Position numbers and translations under genes: made by a program
Notes under the pieces: generated by a model
Database searches by the model: none
What the model was told of the DNA's origin: nothing
The model's input: the letters and a program-made list of their open reading frames with translations, nothing else
DNA from: Deltaproteobacteria bacterium
GTDB taxonomy: Bacteria > BMS3Abin14
Assembly (NCBI GenBank): GCA_013151915.1
Contig: JAADHJ010000006.1
Location: 65,404 to 129,403, forward strand
DNA: 64,000 nt
Reading direction: 5' to 3'
Shown: positions 30,101 to 41,428 of the stretch, piece by piece
Position numbering within the stretch: position 1 is the first letter of the stretch
Layout: each line of letters begins with the position of its first letter

Positions 30101-30630
30101 ATCTCCAGATAATAGGCGTCACCGAATACGTCCCGGTACCACGCGGCGGTTTCCACCGCTTCCCTCTCCTTACCCTGGACGATGCGCCTGGCAACCTCCC
30201 CCTTAAGGCACGCCGAAAGCGCGATAAGGCCTTCGCTGTGTTCGCTTAGTATCTCCCTGTCTATGCGGGGCTTATAGTAAAACCCCTCCCTGAAACCTGA
30301 GGAGGACAGTTTAAGGAGGTTGTGGTATCCAGTCAGGTTCCGGGCCAGGAGGACGATGTGATAGTAGTTGTCACCATCGGCAGCCGGTTTCTTGTCCATT
30401 CTGCTTCCCGGCGCCACATAGAATTCACTACCGATAATGGGCTTTATTCCGGCGGATAATGCGCTCTGGTAAAAATCGATAACGCCGAACATGCCCCCGT
30501 GGTCCGTAATAGCCAGCGCAGGGAAGCGCATCCGGGCCGCAAGCTTCGTAAGATCAGAAATGCGGCAGGCACCGTCTAAGAGACTGAAGGAGGTGTGAAC
30601 GTGGAGGTGTACGAATTCAACCCGTTTCAT
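27160..30630 (-). CDS. dnaE: DNA polymerase III subunit alpha
   Basis: N-terminal PHP domain HLHVHTSFSLLDGA, 1156 aa. The ATG at 30630 is preferred over the TTG at 30657. Confidence 0.95.
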   Translation of the reverse strand: MKRVEFVHLHVHTSFSLLDGACRISDLTKLAARMRFPALAITDHGGMFGVIDFYQSALSAGIKPIIGSEFYVAPGSRMDKKPAADGDNYYHIVLLARNLTGYHNLLKLSSSGFREGFYYKPRIDREILSEHSEGLIALSACLKGEVARRIVQGKEREAVETAAWYRDVFGDAYYLEIMRNGLEEQARANEGLARISADLGIPMVATNDIHYLQKEDRRMHDVLLCIQTAKTVNAEDRMRMDAHELYLKSADEMGVLFRDLPEALANTLEVAERCNLEIPLHRTQMPRFPVPEDRTPQSFLADTVRSGFERRMEGILAAAPSEKRESILERYQTRLGKEIETITAMGFSGYFLIVWDFIRFAKEKDVPVGPGRGSAAGSLVAYSLGITDIDPLRYGLLFERFLNPERVSMPDIDVDFCMDRRDEVIRYVTEKYGEDKVAQIITFGTMAARGAIRDVGRALDISYAEVDRIAKMIPDILKITISQAIEQEPQLREIMKKEKKIADLLDLAQKIEGLHRHASTHAAGVVISQDRLDEHVPLYRGTKGEAITQFTMKNLEEIGLVKFDFLGLRTLTLLDHALKLVNRRLEREGRPSLAFEDLSLEDPKTYELLSSANTDGVFQLESSGMRDLLNKMKPGTFEDLVALVALYRPGPLGSGMVTDFINRKRGRQSITYEVPELKEILEETYGVLVYQEQVMQIASTLAGYSLGEADILRRAMGKKKHEEMEKQRTRFQEGCKKRDISSAKANRIFDTMEYFAGYGFNKSHSAAYALISFRTAHLKAHYPMEFMAALLTSEMDNTDKVTQHIGVCKEMGISLLPPDINESEIPFTVVDGGIRFGLGAVKNVGVAALEEILGQRDRAGEFFSLEDFCGRVDLHKVNRRVIESLIKSGAFDGFSGHRARNIAGLDQAIERGQKEQRDRINGQINMFGGAMGIDDGLSLPDVEPWTEHLRLTFEKESLGFYISGHPLEKYMRELERYVTFDLGKLGEMGDGQEVRVAGVKQSIKEINTKKGDRMAFLTLEDLHGSAELVIFSDVFKEYSSIIASDKPILVEGVTDSDGEKPKIRVQKMSFLEDYREKVTNVVQINLTTLGLTREDLSSLKAVLARHSGQCKVKLKLAIPTKAEAVICADDSLRVGSSDRMVREVEDLLGSGTVTFE

Positions 30631-30643
30631 GATTGCCCGCCGG

Positions 30644-32203
30644 TTATTCCCACTCAATGGTGGCCGGAGGTTTGGAACTTATGTCGTAGACAACCCGATT
30701 TACTCCACGGACCTCGTTAATGATTCTGTTGGAGATTCGGCCCATGAGGTCATAGGGAAGGTGTACCCAGTCCGCTGTCATGCCGTCAAGGCTGGAAACG
30801 GCCCTTACCGCAAGGACATTCTCGTATGTTCTCTCATCACCCATGACGCCCACTGTCTTGACTGGAAGGAGGACGGCGAATGCCTGCCAGATGGAATCGT
30901 GCAGACCCGAAGCGAGGATTTCCTCCCTGACTACAGCGTCAGCCTCCCCGAGGATGAACAGCCGCTCTCCGGTTACCTCACCGACAATCCTGATCGCCAG
31001 GCCGGGACCGGGAAACGGGTGCCTTTTGAGAATCGCATCAGGAACCCCAAGTTCCCTGCCGACCTCCCGAACCTCATCCTTGAAAAGTTCCCGGAGGGGT
31101 TCGATCAACGTAAGATTCATTACCTCCGGGAGCCCTCCGACGTTGTGATGGCTTTTAATGGTGGCCGAAGGCCCCTTGAATGAAACGCTCTCGATGACGT
31201 CAGGATAGAGGGTCCCCTGGGCCAGGTACTTCACGTTTCCGATCTTCGCAGCTTCTACCTCAAAAAGTCGGATAAACTCGTTCCCGATGATTTTTCTCTT
31301 TTTCTCGGGTTCATGGACACCCGAAAGTTTCTTCAAAAAATGTTTTCCGGCATCGAGAACAACAAGGGGGATGTGAAGGTGATCGGAGAAAACGGAACGG
31401 ACCCCCTCGACCTCACCCTTTCGCAGAAGACCGTTATCCACAAAAACGCAGGTCAGCCGGTTGCCGATGGCCCTGTGAACCAGCACGGCCACAACGGAGG
31501 AATCTACCCCGCCGGAAAGAGCGCAGAGAACCCTTCCGTGGTCTCCCACCTCCCTTTTTATCTGGTCGACGGTGTTTTCAATGTAGGAGTGAGCGGTCCA
31601 CAGGGGCCGCAGACCGCAGATCCGGAACAGAAAGTTCTCAAGTATATCTTTCCCCCTGGGGGTGTGCACAACTTCGGGGTGAAACTGGACCGAAAAAATC
31701 CTGGAAGCGCGGTCCTTCATGGCAGCCACGGGTGAATTTGTTGTGTGCGCGATGGGGACAAAACCGGGTGGCGCCGACTCGATACGGTCACCGTGACTCA
31801 TCCAGACCTTTATGCGGTCCTCGGCGCCCGTCTCAAAACCCGCAAACAGATCCTCGCTGTCATCGATCTGGAGAAGAGCGGGGCCATATTCACGGTGATG
31901 GGCTTTCCCGACCTTTCCCCCGAGAAGGTGTGTAATGAGCTGCATACCGTAGCAGACACCCAGGAACGGAACATTCAGATCGAACAGCTCCACGGGAACA
32001 AGGGGGGCACCCTCGTCCAGGATACTGGAAGGTCCCCCGGACAGAATAATGCCCCCGGGCTCGAAGTCCCGGATCTTCTCCATGCCTGCAGTACAGGGCA
32101 GGATCTCACAGTACACCTTCAGTTCCCGGACCCTGCGCGCGATAAGCTGGGTGTACTGGCTTCCGAAATCGAGGATCAGTATCTTTTCTTCATGCAGATC
32201 CAT
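30644..32203 (-). CDS. guaA: GMP synthase (glutamine-hydrolysing)
   Basis: N-terminal GATase ([20 protein letters not shown]) and [10 protein letters not shown]-loop. Confidence 0.95.
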   Translation of the reverse strand: MDLHEEKILILDFGSQYTQLIARRVRELKVYCEILPCTAGMEKIRDFEPGGIILSGGPSSILDEGAPLVPVELFDLNVPFLGVCYGMQLITHLLGGKVGKAHHREYGPALLQIDDSEDLFAGFETGAEDRIKVWMSHGDRIESAPPGFVPIAHTTNSPVAAMKDRASRIFSVQFHPEVVHTPRGKDILENFLFRICGLRPLWTAHSYIENTVDQIKREVGDHGRVLCALSGGVDSSVVAVLVHRAIGNRLTCVFVDNGLLRKGEVEGVRSVFSDHLHIPLVVLDAGKHFLKKLSGVHEPEKKRKIIGNEFIRLFEVEAAKIGNVKYLAQGTLYPDVIESVSFKGPSATIKSHHNVGGLPEVMNLTLIEPLRELFKDEVREVGRELGVPDAILKRHPFPGPGLAIRIVGEVTGERLFILGEADAVVREEILASGLHDSIWQAFAVLLPVKTVGVMGDERTYENVLAVRAVSSLDGMTADWVHLPYDLMGRISNRIINEVRGVNRVVYDISSKPPATIEWE

Positions 32204-32210
32204 TTAATCC

Positions 32211-32306
32211 ATCCAGTGGAGTCCAGGGTCCAGAGTTCAGTGTCCAGAGTCCAGTGTCCAGGGTCCAGTGTCCAGGGTCCAGAGTTCAGAGTCCAGAGTT
32301 CAGAGG
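32211..32306. repeat. heptamer tandem array GTCCAGN/GTTCAGN x~13
   Basis: Thirteen consecutive 7-bp units. The array starts 8 nt upstream of the guaA start codon and therefore lies in the guaB-guaA spacer / guaA leader. Confidence 0.85.
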
Positions 32307-32361
32307 GCGCGGTCAGGACATGGGCAAAGGATGCCCCCGTCTCGATCTTCCCCTTGACGTC

Positions 32362-33852
<1,491 letters not shown>

Positions 33853-33926
33853 TCATGATCATTGCCGAAATCGGTATTATTGGGAGCTTTCGCTCCTCGG
33901 GTCCCGTGTTCCGGCCGTTTTATCAC

Positions 33927-34012
33927 GTTGGACGTTGGACCTTGGACCTGTTTACTCTACAGCCTATAGCCTATAGCCGATCGCCTGCCTTTACCTGCAG
34001 CCTACAGCCTGC
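33927..34012. repeat. short tandem arrays: GTTGGAC x3 (rc GTCCAAC) followed by CTAYAGCC units
   Basis: Reads ACGTTGGACGTTGGACCTTGGACC, then CTACAGCCTATAGCCTATAGCC ... CTGCAGCCTACAGCC, about 100 bp upstream of guaB. Confidence 0.75.
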
Positions 34013-34160
34013 TTTGCCATGCAGTTACGAAAACACCGCCCAGGCGGTGTGATGAAAATGAGATACCTATTGAAGGAGTTACCCGATGAATTAGGCGAGA
34101 TTAGAGGCAATGGGCAGATGTGTCAACATGTGATTTCCCGAATGTTTCCCGAAAGGAAAA

Positions 34161-34892
34161 TCATAACCCCAGATAGGCCTCCCGAACCTCATCCGATTCT
34201 TTTATCTCTTCGGGAGATCCCTCGGCCTTTATGATGCCCTCGTGCATGATGTATACGTAGTCCGCCGCGTCAAGAGAAGCTGCGGCGTTCTGCTCCACCA
34301 GGAGAATAGTCAGGCCCACTTCATCCTTGAGCTTTCCGATGGCGTCAAACATTTCCTGTACCAGTTTCGGAGCCAGACCCTGGCTTGGCTCGTCGAGCAT
34401 TATCATCCTGGGATGGGTCATGAGGGCGCGCCCAACGGTAACCATCTGCTGCTGCCCACCGGAAAGGGATCCTGCTTCCTGTTCCCTCCTCTCCTCGAGG
34501 ATGGGAAAGATGGAGTACACGAGATCCAGGCTTTCATTCCTGAGGTCCTGTGCCTCTTTGCGGTAGGCGCCCATAATCAGGTTTTCGTAAACGGTCATCT
34601 CGGTGAACAGGTGCTTGCCCTCAGGGACAAGCGTCAGCCCGAGATCGACCTTCCTGTGGGGAGGGAGGCCTGTAACGTCACGCCCATCGAACATGACTTT
34701 TCCACCCTTGATTTTCACATCCCCTAAAATGCTCCAGAGAAGGGTGGATTTTCCAGCCCCGTTGGGACCGAGCAGGGATGTAATAGTCCCTTTTTTTACC
34801 TCAATATCCGGCCCCCACAGGACCTGCATGGATCCGTATCCGGATTGCAGGTTTTCGACTTTAAGCATCAGTACCCTCCGGTGGGTGGCCAA
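34161..34892 (-). CDS. livF: branched-chain amino-acid ABC transporter ATP-binding protein
   Basis: GPNGAGKSTLL, with LSGGQQQM signature. Confidence 0.9.
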   Translation of the reverse strand: MATHRRVLMLKVENLQSGYGSMQVLWGPDIEVKKGTITSLLGPNGAGKSTLLWSILGDVKIKGGKVMFDGRDVTGLPPHRKVDLGLTLVPEGKHLFTEMTVYENLIMGAYRKEAQDLRNESLDLVYSIFPILEERREQEAGSLSGGQQQMVTVGRALMTHPRMIMLDEPSQGLAPKLVQEMFDAIGKLKDEVGLTILLVEQNAAASLDAADYVYIMHEGIIKAEGSPEEIKESDEVREAYLGL

Positions 34893-35610
34893 GATAGACT
34901 TCTATAACCCTGGGATCGCTAAGGGCCGCCTTGGTCGGTTCGTCCACGAGCTTTGCGCCCTGATGCATGACCAGGACCCTTTCGGCCAGACCCGCCACCG
35001 CACGCATGATATGCTCCACCATGGCGATGACGGCGATGTCCTCCGTTTCCCTGATCATCTTGATAAAGGAGACCATCTCATCAATATCCTTTGGGTTCAT
35101 CCCCGCCATAGCCTCATCCATGAGCAGAAGGCTCGGCTTCATGGCGAGGGCCCGGGCGATCTCCACCAGCTTCTTCTCAGTGGGGGTGAGGCCTCCGGCC
35201 GGCTTGTCGCGGTAGGCCTTTAGACCGATGAGTTCGACGTAGCGATCAGCCATCATCATAGCTTCATCAACGCTGGTTTTACTGCCTTCCGCCCCGAACA
35301 TGGCCCCGATGGCGATATTTTCCTGCACCGTGGCAGAGGAAAAAGGTCTCGGAATCTGGAACGTCCTGCCGATTCCCAGGTGGGCCCTCTTGAATGCGGG
35401 GAATCTGGTGATATCCAGACCCTCAAAGATGATCTGCCCTGCATCGGCTAAAAACATGCCGTTGATGAGGTTGAACAGTGTGGTCTTCCCCGCACCGTTC
35501 GGGCCCACGATGGCCATCATCTCACCCCGCCCGATCTCCAGGCTGACATCGTCCACAGCGACGAGACCGCCGAAGCGTTTGGTGACGTTTTTTAGTTCAA
35601 GCAGCGGCAT
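34861..35610 (-). CDS. livG: branched-chain amino-acid ABC transporter ATP-binding protein
   Basis: GPNGAGKTTLFN Walker A, with the LivG-type C-terminus. Confidence 0.9.
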   Translation of the reverse strand: MPLLELKNVTKRFGGLVAVDDVSLEIGRGEMMAIVGPNGAGKTTLFNLINGMFLADAGQIIFEGLDITRFPAFKRAHLGIGRTFQIPRPFSSATVQENIAIGAMFGAEGSKTSVDEAMMMADRYVELIGLKAYRDKPAGGLTPTEKKLVEIARALAMKPSLLLMDEAMAGMNPKDIDEMVSFIKMIRETEDIAVIAMVEHIMRAVAGLAERVLVMHQGAKLVDEPTKAALSDPRVIEVYLGHPPEGTDA

Positions 35611-35618
35611 TATTCACC

Positions 35619-36626
35619 TCAGATGATAAATTTTTCCAAGGGCGTTCCCACAAGCTTCCGCTTGATAACCCCTACGGTTCCCTCCGGGAAGAGAACAATT
35701 ATGATAATGATGGCCGGCGCGAAAATGAGGAGCTGGAAACCGGGAAGCGTAATGGCCAGGTAGTATTTGGACAGCCCGTAAATCAGGCCTCCTACCATGG
35801 GGCCCAGGAGGGTGCCTGCCCCTCCGAGCATTACGATTATGATGGCCTCGACCGTGTAGTGGATCTCGAAAACATCCTCGGGATAAACATAGCTCAGCTT
35901 CAGGGCCCACGCGGTGGCGCCGAGCAATCCCGCGAGAACAGCGCTGGTCATGAACGCGAGGATCTTGTACTTGGTTACGTGGACACCCATCGCCTTGGCG
36001 GCGTCCTCATCCTCCCTGAGCGCGGTGAGCGCGTATCCTACTTTATTCCTGAGATAGATTATGGTCATGACCGCCGCCAGAACCGCCACGCCGAATACCA
36101 TAATATCAACCCAGAAGGTTGATATGGCGCTTGCGGTCTGTCTGCCGAATGCTACCTTCATATTTCTGGTGAAGATAATGCCGTCCGCCCCATTCCAGAT
36201 CCGGGCTCCCTCGATAAGGTATCGAAACCCCTCGTTCACACCTATGGTGGCAATGGCGAAGTATGCGCCCCTGAGCCGGAGAGCAACGGCGCCGACCGCG
36301 AGGGATAGAATAGTGGAAAAGAGAATCGCCATCAACAATCCAAGGATGATCAGGCCAAAACCGAGCCCCTTGTCGTAAAAGTTTTCAATGGTCACCGCCA
36401 TTCCATAGGTTCCTACCCCAAGAAAAGCGACATAGCCGAAGTCTACATACCCGGTCATCCCCATGAAAAGGTTGAAAGCCTGCCCCAGGGCGCAGTAGAA
36501 GGCAAGCTGGGAGATCAACTGCCAATGCCCGGGCGAGAGCAGACCGACAAGCAGGAGAATGGCATAGCCCAGAAGAACGGGGAGAATGGGAAAATATTTC
36601 CGGAATTTAGACATTTTTCCGCCCAA
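35619..36626 (-). CDS. livM: branched-chain amino-acid ABC transporter permease
   Basis: 335-aa polytopic permease of LivM type. Confidence 0.85.
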   Translation of the reverse strand: MGGKMSKFRKYFPILPVLLGYAILLLVGLLSPGHWQLISQLAFYCALGQAFNLFMGMTGYVDFGYVAFLGVGTYGMAVTIENFYDKGLGFGLIILGLLMAILFSTILSLAVGAVALRLRGAYFAIATIGVNEGFRYLIEGARIWNGADGIIFTRNMKVAFGRQTASAISTFWVDIMVFGVAVLAAVMTIIYLRNKVGYALTALREDEDAAKAMGVHVTKYKILAFMTSAVLAGLLGATAWALKLSYVYPEDVFEIHYTVEAIIIVMLGGAGTLLGPMVGGLIYGLSKYYLAITLPGFQLLIFAPAIIIIIVLFPEGTVGVIKRKLVGTPLEKFII

Positions 36627-37500
36627 ACAGGCCTGTGGGCTTGATCAGAAGAATGACCAGGAGAATCACGAATGAGAAAAACCGTGTCATGGCGAACGGC
36701 TCTAACCCGGGAATATTCGCAAAGAGCGTATAGGAGCCGTTTTCCACTAAACCGAAGATGAGCCCGGCGAAAAAAGCCCCGTACGGGGAAGACAGACCGC
36801 CGAGAACCGCGATGACAAAGGCCTTCAGGGTATACCCGCCCCCCATGTACGGGTTAATGCCCACGGGGATGAACATGGTCAGGAGCACACCGCTCATAAC
36901 GGTGATACCGATGCCGAGGGAAAAGCTCAGGGCATACTGCCAGGCCACATTGACCCCGCATACCATCGCCCCGCGATCATCCTCCACCACGCTTCTCATG
37001 GCGGTTCCCGCACGGGTCCTGTTGAACCAGAGATAAAGAACAATGGCCACGATAATACTACCGAAAAAAGCGATGATCTTGGAATATGGCAAAACCGTAA
37101 CGCCGAGATCAAGCTTTCCCAGGTTCCAATAAAAGCCCCTGGCCTCGGAAGTAAAGAGCTGCTTGGCAACCTCCTCCAGGAGTACCCCGAAGGAAAAAGT
37201 CACCAGCAGCGTGGACAGTTCAGGGGCCTTCAGAAGCCTGCTGATTGTCGTGTAGTAGATGAAAAACCCGAGAAGCATACCCAGGAGAAGGGCTACGAAA
37301 ACAGCGAAGATGGGGGATACGCCCAACGAGTTGAAAAGAATCAGCGCGGTATAGGCACCGACCATGATAAAGGCGCCATGTCCGACATTGACCACCTTTA
37401 GAACCCCGAAGATAAGGCTCAACCCCATGGTGGCCACTCCATATACGGCGCCCAGAACCACTCCCTGTATGAGGTTGCCCGCAAGCTGTTCAAAAATCAC
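36607..37500 (-). CDS. livH: branched-chain amino-acid ABC transporter permease
   Basis: 297-aa LivH-type permease. Confidence 0.85.
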   Translation of the reverse strand: MIFEQLAGNLIQGVVLGAVYGVATMGLSLIFGVLKVVNVGHGAFIMVGAYTALILFNSLGVSPIFAVFVALLLGMLLGFFIYYTTISRLLKAPELSTLLVTFSFGVLLEEVAKQLFTSEARGFYWNLGKLDLGVTVLPYSKIIAFFGSIIVAIVLYLWFNRTRAGTAMRSVVEDDRGAMVCGVNVAWQYALSFSLGIGITVMSGVLLTMFIPVGINPYMGGGYTLKAFVIAVLGGLSSPYGAFFAGLIFGLVENGSYTLFANIPGLEPFAMTRFFSFVILLVILLIKPTGLFGRKNV

Positions 37501-37552
37501 TCGAATATCCCCTTTTTTCTACCCACTAAATGGATATCGGGCGGTTTATGCG

Positions 37553-37597
37553 CAGAAAAAAGGCTTCTCTCTGGAAGCATGTTCCAGAGAGAAGCCG
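37553..37597 (-). terminator. intrinsic terminator/attenuator between the binding-protein gene and livH
   Basis: A 15-bp perfect stem GGCTTCTCTCTGGAA(gcatg)TTCCAGAGAGAAGCC is followed on the minus strand by TTTTTTTCT. Confidence 0.7.
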
Positions 37598-37685
37598 CAT
37601 CTTACTTTATTCAAAGGGCGTATGCCACCATTAGATATCACCTGATACCGGCCCACCCGAGGTCGGATCGGCGGGGCAAAATTCG

Positions 37686-38936
37686 CTACTTGAAGTCGGG
37701 CTTCGGGTAAATGACGTTTCCTGTTTTTGCGGCCTCGGGCCAGACAATAACCCTCTTCGCGTTCTGCCACTGGACATCCACCATGGAATGGCCGACCTGC
37801 TTGCCGGTATCATCTATTTTCCAGGTACCGTAGAAGGACATGAACTCCAGGTTTCCGAGGGCCGCGCGAACCGCGTTGGAATCAACGGAGCCGGCATTCT
37901 CAACACCCAGAACCAGGGCCAGGACAGCCGCGCCGGCCTCAGCTCCGTGGTAGTCCGGGATAATATCCTTGCCTACCGCCTTCTTGAACAGGCTGACGAA
38001 TTCATCCTGGCTGGGGCCGATCCACCTGTAGCCTTCCTTCTTGGCGTCCTCCTTTGAGAAGGTCACTCCATACTCCCAGTGCGAGGGACCCATAACGCCT
38101 TCAGCATTTTCCTTTAAGGCATCGTAAAACGCGGGGAGGGTCGCTGCGGCAATGAGGGAAAGGGCTTTAACGTTGATATCGAGATCGGCCATCTGCCTGT
38201 TGAACAGCTGGCCATCCTGGAAATGTCCGCCGCCGAGAACGATCTCAGGCTTGGCAGCCTTAAGGTCCGACAGAAGCGGCGTCAGGTCGGTAACACCCTT
38301 TGGATAGGTACGCTTGAAGACGATATCGAAACCGAGCTTCCTGGCATGGGCCTCGGTACCTTTCATGACCGATCTGGCGAACTCCGAATCCTCATATGCG
38401 AGGGCAATCCGCCTGGGGCCGGGATCGATCTTCCTGATCATGTCCAGGGTGCCTGCATGATACTTTGAGGCGGGGCCGATGGTCTGAACGATGTATTCGA
38501 ATCCCTGCCGGAAGATCTTGTCGCTGGCGCCTCCATGGTCCATATAGACAATTCCGTACTTCTCCGCGATGGGAGCCCCCGCCAATGTCAGGCCGGAGGT
38601 GTAGGGAGCGAACAGGAAGTTTACCTTGTCGGTGGTAATCAACCTTTCCAGAAGGCTGGTAACCGATTCTTTTTTCGACTCACAATCGTATTTGCGGTAC
38701 TCCAGGGGCACCCTTTTACCGTTTACGGTGACTCCCCCGTACACAGTGTTGACCCAGTCGACGATGGCCTGGATGCCGCCCGTCGCCTGCTCACCGGCCT
38801 TGGCGTACTTTCCGGAAAGGGTCGCGGCATGCCCTATGACGATTTTGTCAATCGCTTTGGCATGTGCAACCGGAGCGAACGCAAGTCCGAAGGTTACAAT
38901 CAACGCCACTAATGCTAACAAGGTCCCTCTCTTCAT
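37686..38936 (-). CDS. branched-chain amino-acid ABC transporter substrate-binding protein
   Basis: Signal peptide followed by a LivK/LivJ-type periplasmic binding fold. Length is 416 aa. Confidence 0.85.
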   Translation of the reverse strand: MKRGTLLALVALIVTFGLAFAPVAHAKAIDKIVIGHAATLSGKYAKAGEQATGGIQAIVDWVNTVYGGVTVNGKRVPLEYRKYDCESKKESVTSLLERLITTDKVNFLFAPYTSGLTLAGAPIAEKYGIVYMDHGGASDKIFRQGFEYIVQTIGPASKYHAGTLDMIRKIDPGPRRIALAYEDSEFARSVMKGTEAHARKLGFDIVFKRTYPKGVTDLTPLLSDLKAAKPEIVLGGGHFQDGQLFNRQMADLDINVKALSLIAAATLPAFYDALKENAEGVMGPSHWEYGVTFSKEDAKKEGYRWIGPSQDEFVSLFKKAVGKDIIPDYHGAEAGAAVLALVLGVENAGSVDSNAVRAALGNLEFMSFYGTWKIDDTGKQVGHSMVDVQWQNAKRVIVWPEAAKTGNVIYPKPDFK

Positions 38937-39187
38937 AATCGTCTCCTCCTGTTATGGTTGCGGAAAATGTAACCTTTTCCAACACTTGGAATCAGGTTTA
39001 ATTTTAGCACAGAAACTGAGGATCAAGGGCGGATTTTCCAACTCCGGGAAAAGAATAACAGCTCAGGAATATCAGATATACACTTAACGGTCAATTCAAA
39101 AACCCGTTCTATTTTCATCGGTCGCAGATCATGTATCCGATGCAACAGGGGTCTTTCGTGGGAAACACGATTTCGCACCATCAAACA

Positions 39188-39233
39188 TGATAGGGTCGCA
39201 AAAAGTCCATTGATGACTTTTTGCGAAGTCATC
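39188..39233. repeat. REP-like element family B, minimal copy (palindrome only)
   Basis: GATAGGGTCGCAAAAAGTCCATTGATGACTTTTTGCGAAGTCATC, flanked by direct CATCAAACATG repeats. Confidence 0.6.
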
Positions 39234-39246
39234 AAACATGCTGGGT

Positions 39247-40359
39247 TTAGAAACGGCACACCGGTTGTGATGTGCCGTATTTGGTCATGACGATCTGCCA
39301 CACCTGCATGCTGCGGGCCCGGAAGGCCCCGGCGAAAGAAAGAAGGAAATACTCCCACATCCGCTTGAACTTTTCATCGTACTTGTCTTCAAACTTCGGC
39401 CATGCGCTCTGGAGGTCGGCGTTCCATATCATGAGGGTCCTGTCGTAATGGGGGCCCAGGTTGTGCATGTCCTCGATGACGAACAACCCTTCAACCGAAC
39501 GGCCGATCTGGGCCAGGCTCGGCACCATTCCGTTCGGGAAGATGTACTTGTCGGTCCAGGGGTCGCAGTCCACGTCGGATTCGTTGCCCCCGATGGTATG
39601 CAGAAGGAAGATGCCTCCGTCCTTCAGGTTGTGATGGACCGTTTTCATGAAGGTACGGTAGTTCTTGAAGCCGACGTGCTCGAACATGCCCACGGAGACT
39701 ATCTTGTCGAATGTACCCCGAATATCGCGATAATCACATTCCAGGAACTGCACCGGAAGGTTCCTGCAGAACTCGCGGGCATAGTTCAATTGCTCCCGGG
39801 AGATGTTCACCGCGGTTACGCTGCAGCCGAAGCGCTCGGCGATGTACTTGGCAAACCCGCCCCAACCACAGCCGATATCAAGAACGCGGTCCTCAGGACC
39901 GAGGTCCATCTTGCAGCTGATGAGGTCCATCTTCGCCAGTTGGGCCTGATGAAGGTCCTCCGTACCGCTGAAAAAGGCACAGCTGTACTGGTTGTAGGGA
40001 TCAAGAAAAGACAGGAACAGGTCGTTACCGGTGTTGTAGTGCCGGTCCGCGATGATCCCGGCGCGCCCCCTGCTCTGGAGGTTAAGCAACCGGGCCGTGA
40101 CGGCGGGCCAGAGTATCCTGAGGTTTCCTCTGACCCTGGTGTTGAGCCGGGCTCTCAGTATCCGGAAAAAAAACTCATCCAATCGTGCGCAATTCCACCA
40201 ACCCTCCATGTAGGCCTCCCCGAGGCCAAGGTTTTTCTCACGGAGCATCCGCGCGTACAGCCTGTCGTCCCTGACCTGGATATCCCACGGGTTCGGGCCG
40301 TCAATGGCCACACCCGCCATGGCGAGCAGTTCCTCTACGATCTGACGTTGTTTCGACAT
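39247..40359 (-). CDS. cfa: cyclopropane-fatty-acyl-phospholipid synthase
   Basis: SAM-binding LDIGCGWGG and CFA family motifs. Length is 370 aa. Confidence 0.9.
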   Translation of the reverse strand: MSKQRQIVEELLAMAGVAIDGPNPWDIQVRDDRLYARMLREKNLGLGEAYMEGWWNCARLDEFFFRILRARLNTRVRGNLRILWPAVTARLLNLQSRGRAGIIADRHYNTGNDLFLSFLDPYNQYSCAFFSGTEDLHQAQLAKMDLISCKMDLGPEDRVLDIGCGWGGFAKYIAERFGCSVTAVNISREQLNYAREFCRNLPVQFLECDYRDIRGTFDKIVSVGMFEHVGFKNYRTFMKTVHHNLKDGGIFLLHTIGGNESDVDCDPWTDKYIFPNGMVPSLAQIGRSVEGLFVIEDMHNLGPHYDRTLMIWNADLQSAWPKFEDKYDEKFKRMWEYFLLSFAGAFRARSMQVWQIVMTKYGTSQPVCRF

Positions 40360-40653
40360 GATCGATTTTCAACCTTCACTGCAGACAAACAGGCCGTCAC
40401 CTCTTGATAACGATAACCGGCCTAAGAAAACGGCGGATGACGTTCCCCGACACCGAGCCGAGAAACCCCTGAAGAAGCGTCCCGGGACTGATCCTCTTCA
40501 GCCATTGCACTACCTAATTGATATTATAACTCGGACGATAGGATATAAAAAGGTGAACATGGTCGCTACCAACTTCTACCCGATAGGATCTCTCTCTATG
40601 GACCTTCAAATCAAACTTCGTGCGCGCCTAGTAGGCGGTGTTTGTACAATCCA

Positions 40654-41406
40654 TCACCGATTGTCCGCAGCCAGCAGCGCCGCACCCAGAGCGCCAATCA
40701 TTTGCGGATCATCGGGTATGTGGATTTCACGACCCAATTTTTCTGAAAGGAGTTTACGTATACACTGATTTTTGGCCACACCGCCGGTAAAAACAATATC
40801 CCCTTCCGATGACACACGATTGATCATGCTGGCGGCCCGGCGGATGACGCTGGTGTGCAAACCCCGGGCGATTTCCCTGCGGCTTAGCCCTTTTGCGATC
40901 AGGGAAGTGACCTCGGATTCGGCAAATACCGTACACATGCTGGAAATATTGAGATCTTTCTTCGCCATAAGTGCTTCCCGGCCAAAGGCCTCGATTTCAA
41001 AACCCAGCGTCTTGGCCATAATCTCCAAAAATTTTCCGGTGCCGGCTGCGCAGCGGTCGTTCATTTCGAATTTTTTCACTTTACCGTTTTCGTACAGCAC
41101 AATGGCCTTGCTGTCCTGTCCACCGATATCCAGCACGGTCCGCGCACCGGGGAAAATGGCCAGTACACCCCTGACATGGGCTTTGATTTCCGTGACCGTC
41201 GGCGCATCGAAGGAGATCTCAAACAGGTTTCGGCCGTAGCCGGTGGCCATGATACGATCAAAGCTCACCCCATTTACCAGATTATCGGCCTCGCTTTTGG
41301 GATCAAAGCCGGTGTCTGTCTGAAGGCTGAGGACGATTTCACCCGCATCATCCACAACCACCAGTTCAATGGTGCGCGAGCCGATGTCGATTCCCGCAAA
41401 ACACAT
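40654..41406 (-). CDS. acyl-CoA dehydratase activase (BadF/BadG/BcrA/BcrD / HgdC-type ATPase)
   Basis: MCFAGIDIGSRTIELVVV ASKHA-fold N-terminus. The ~250-aa size is typical of archerases. Confidence 0.8.
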   Translation of the reverse strand: MCFAGIDIGSRTIELVVVDDAGEIVLSLQTDTGFDPKSEADNLVNGVSFDRIMATGYGRNLFEISFDAPTVTEIKAHVRGVLAIFPGARTVLDIGGQDSKAIVLYENGKVKKFEMNDRCAAGTGKFLEIMAKTLGFEIEAFGREALMAKKDLNISSMCTVFAESEVTSLIAKGLSRREIARGLHTSVIRRAASMINRVSSEGDIVFTGGVAKNQCIRKLLSEKLGREIHIPDDPQMIGALGAALLAADNR

Positions 41407-41428
41407 ATTTACCTATAACTCCCGAAAG

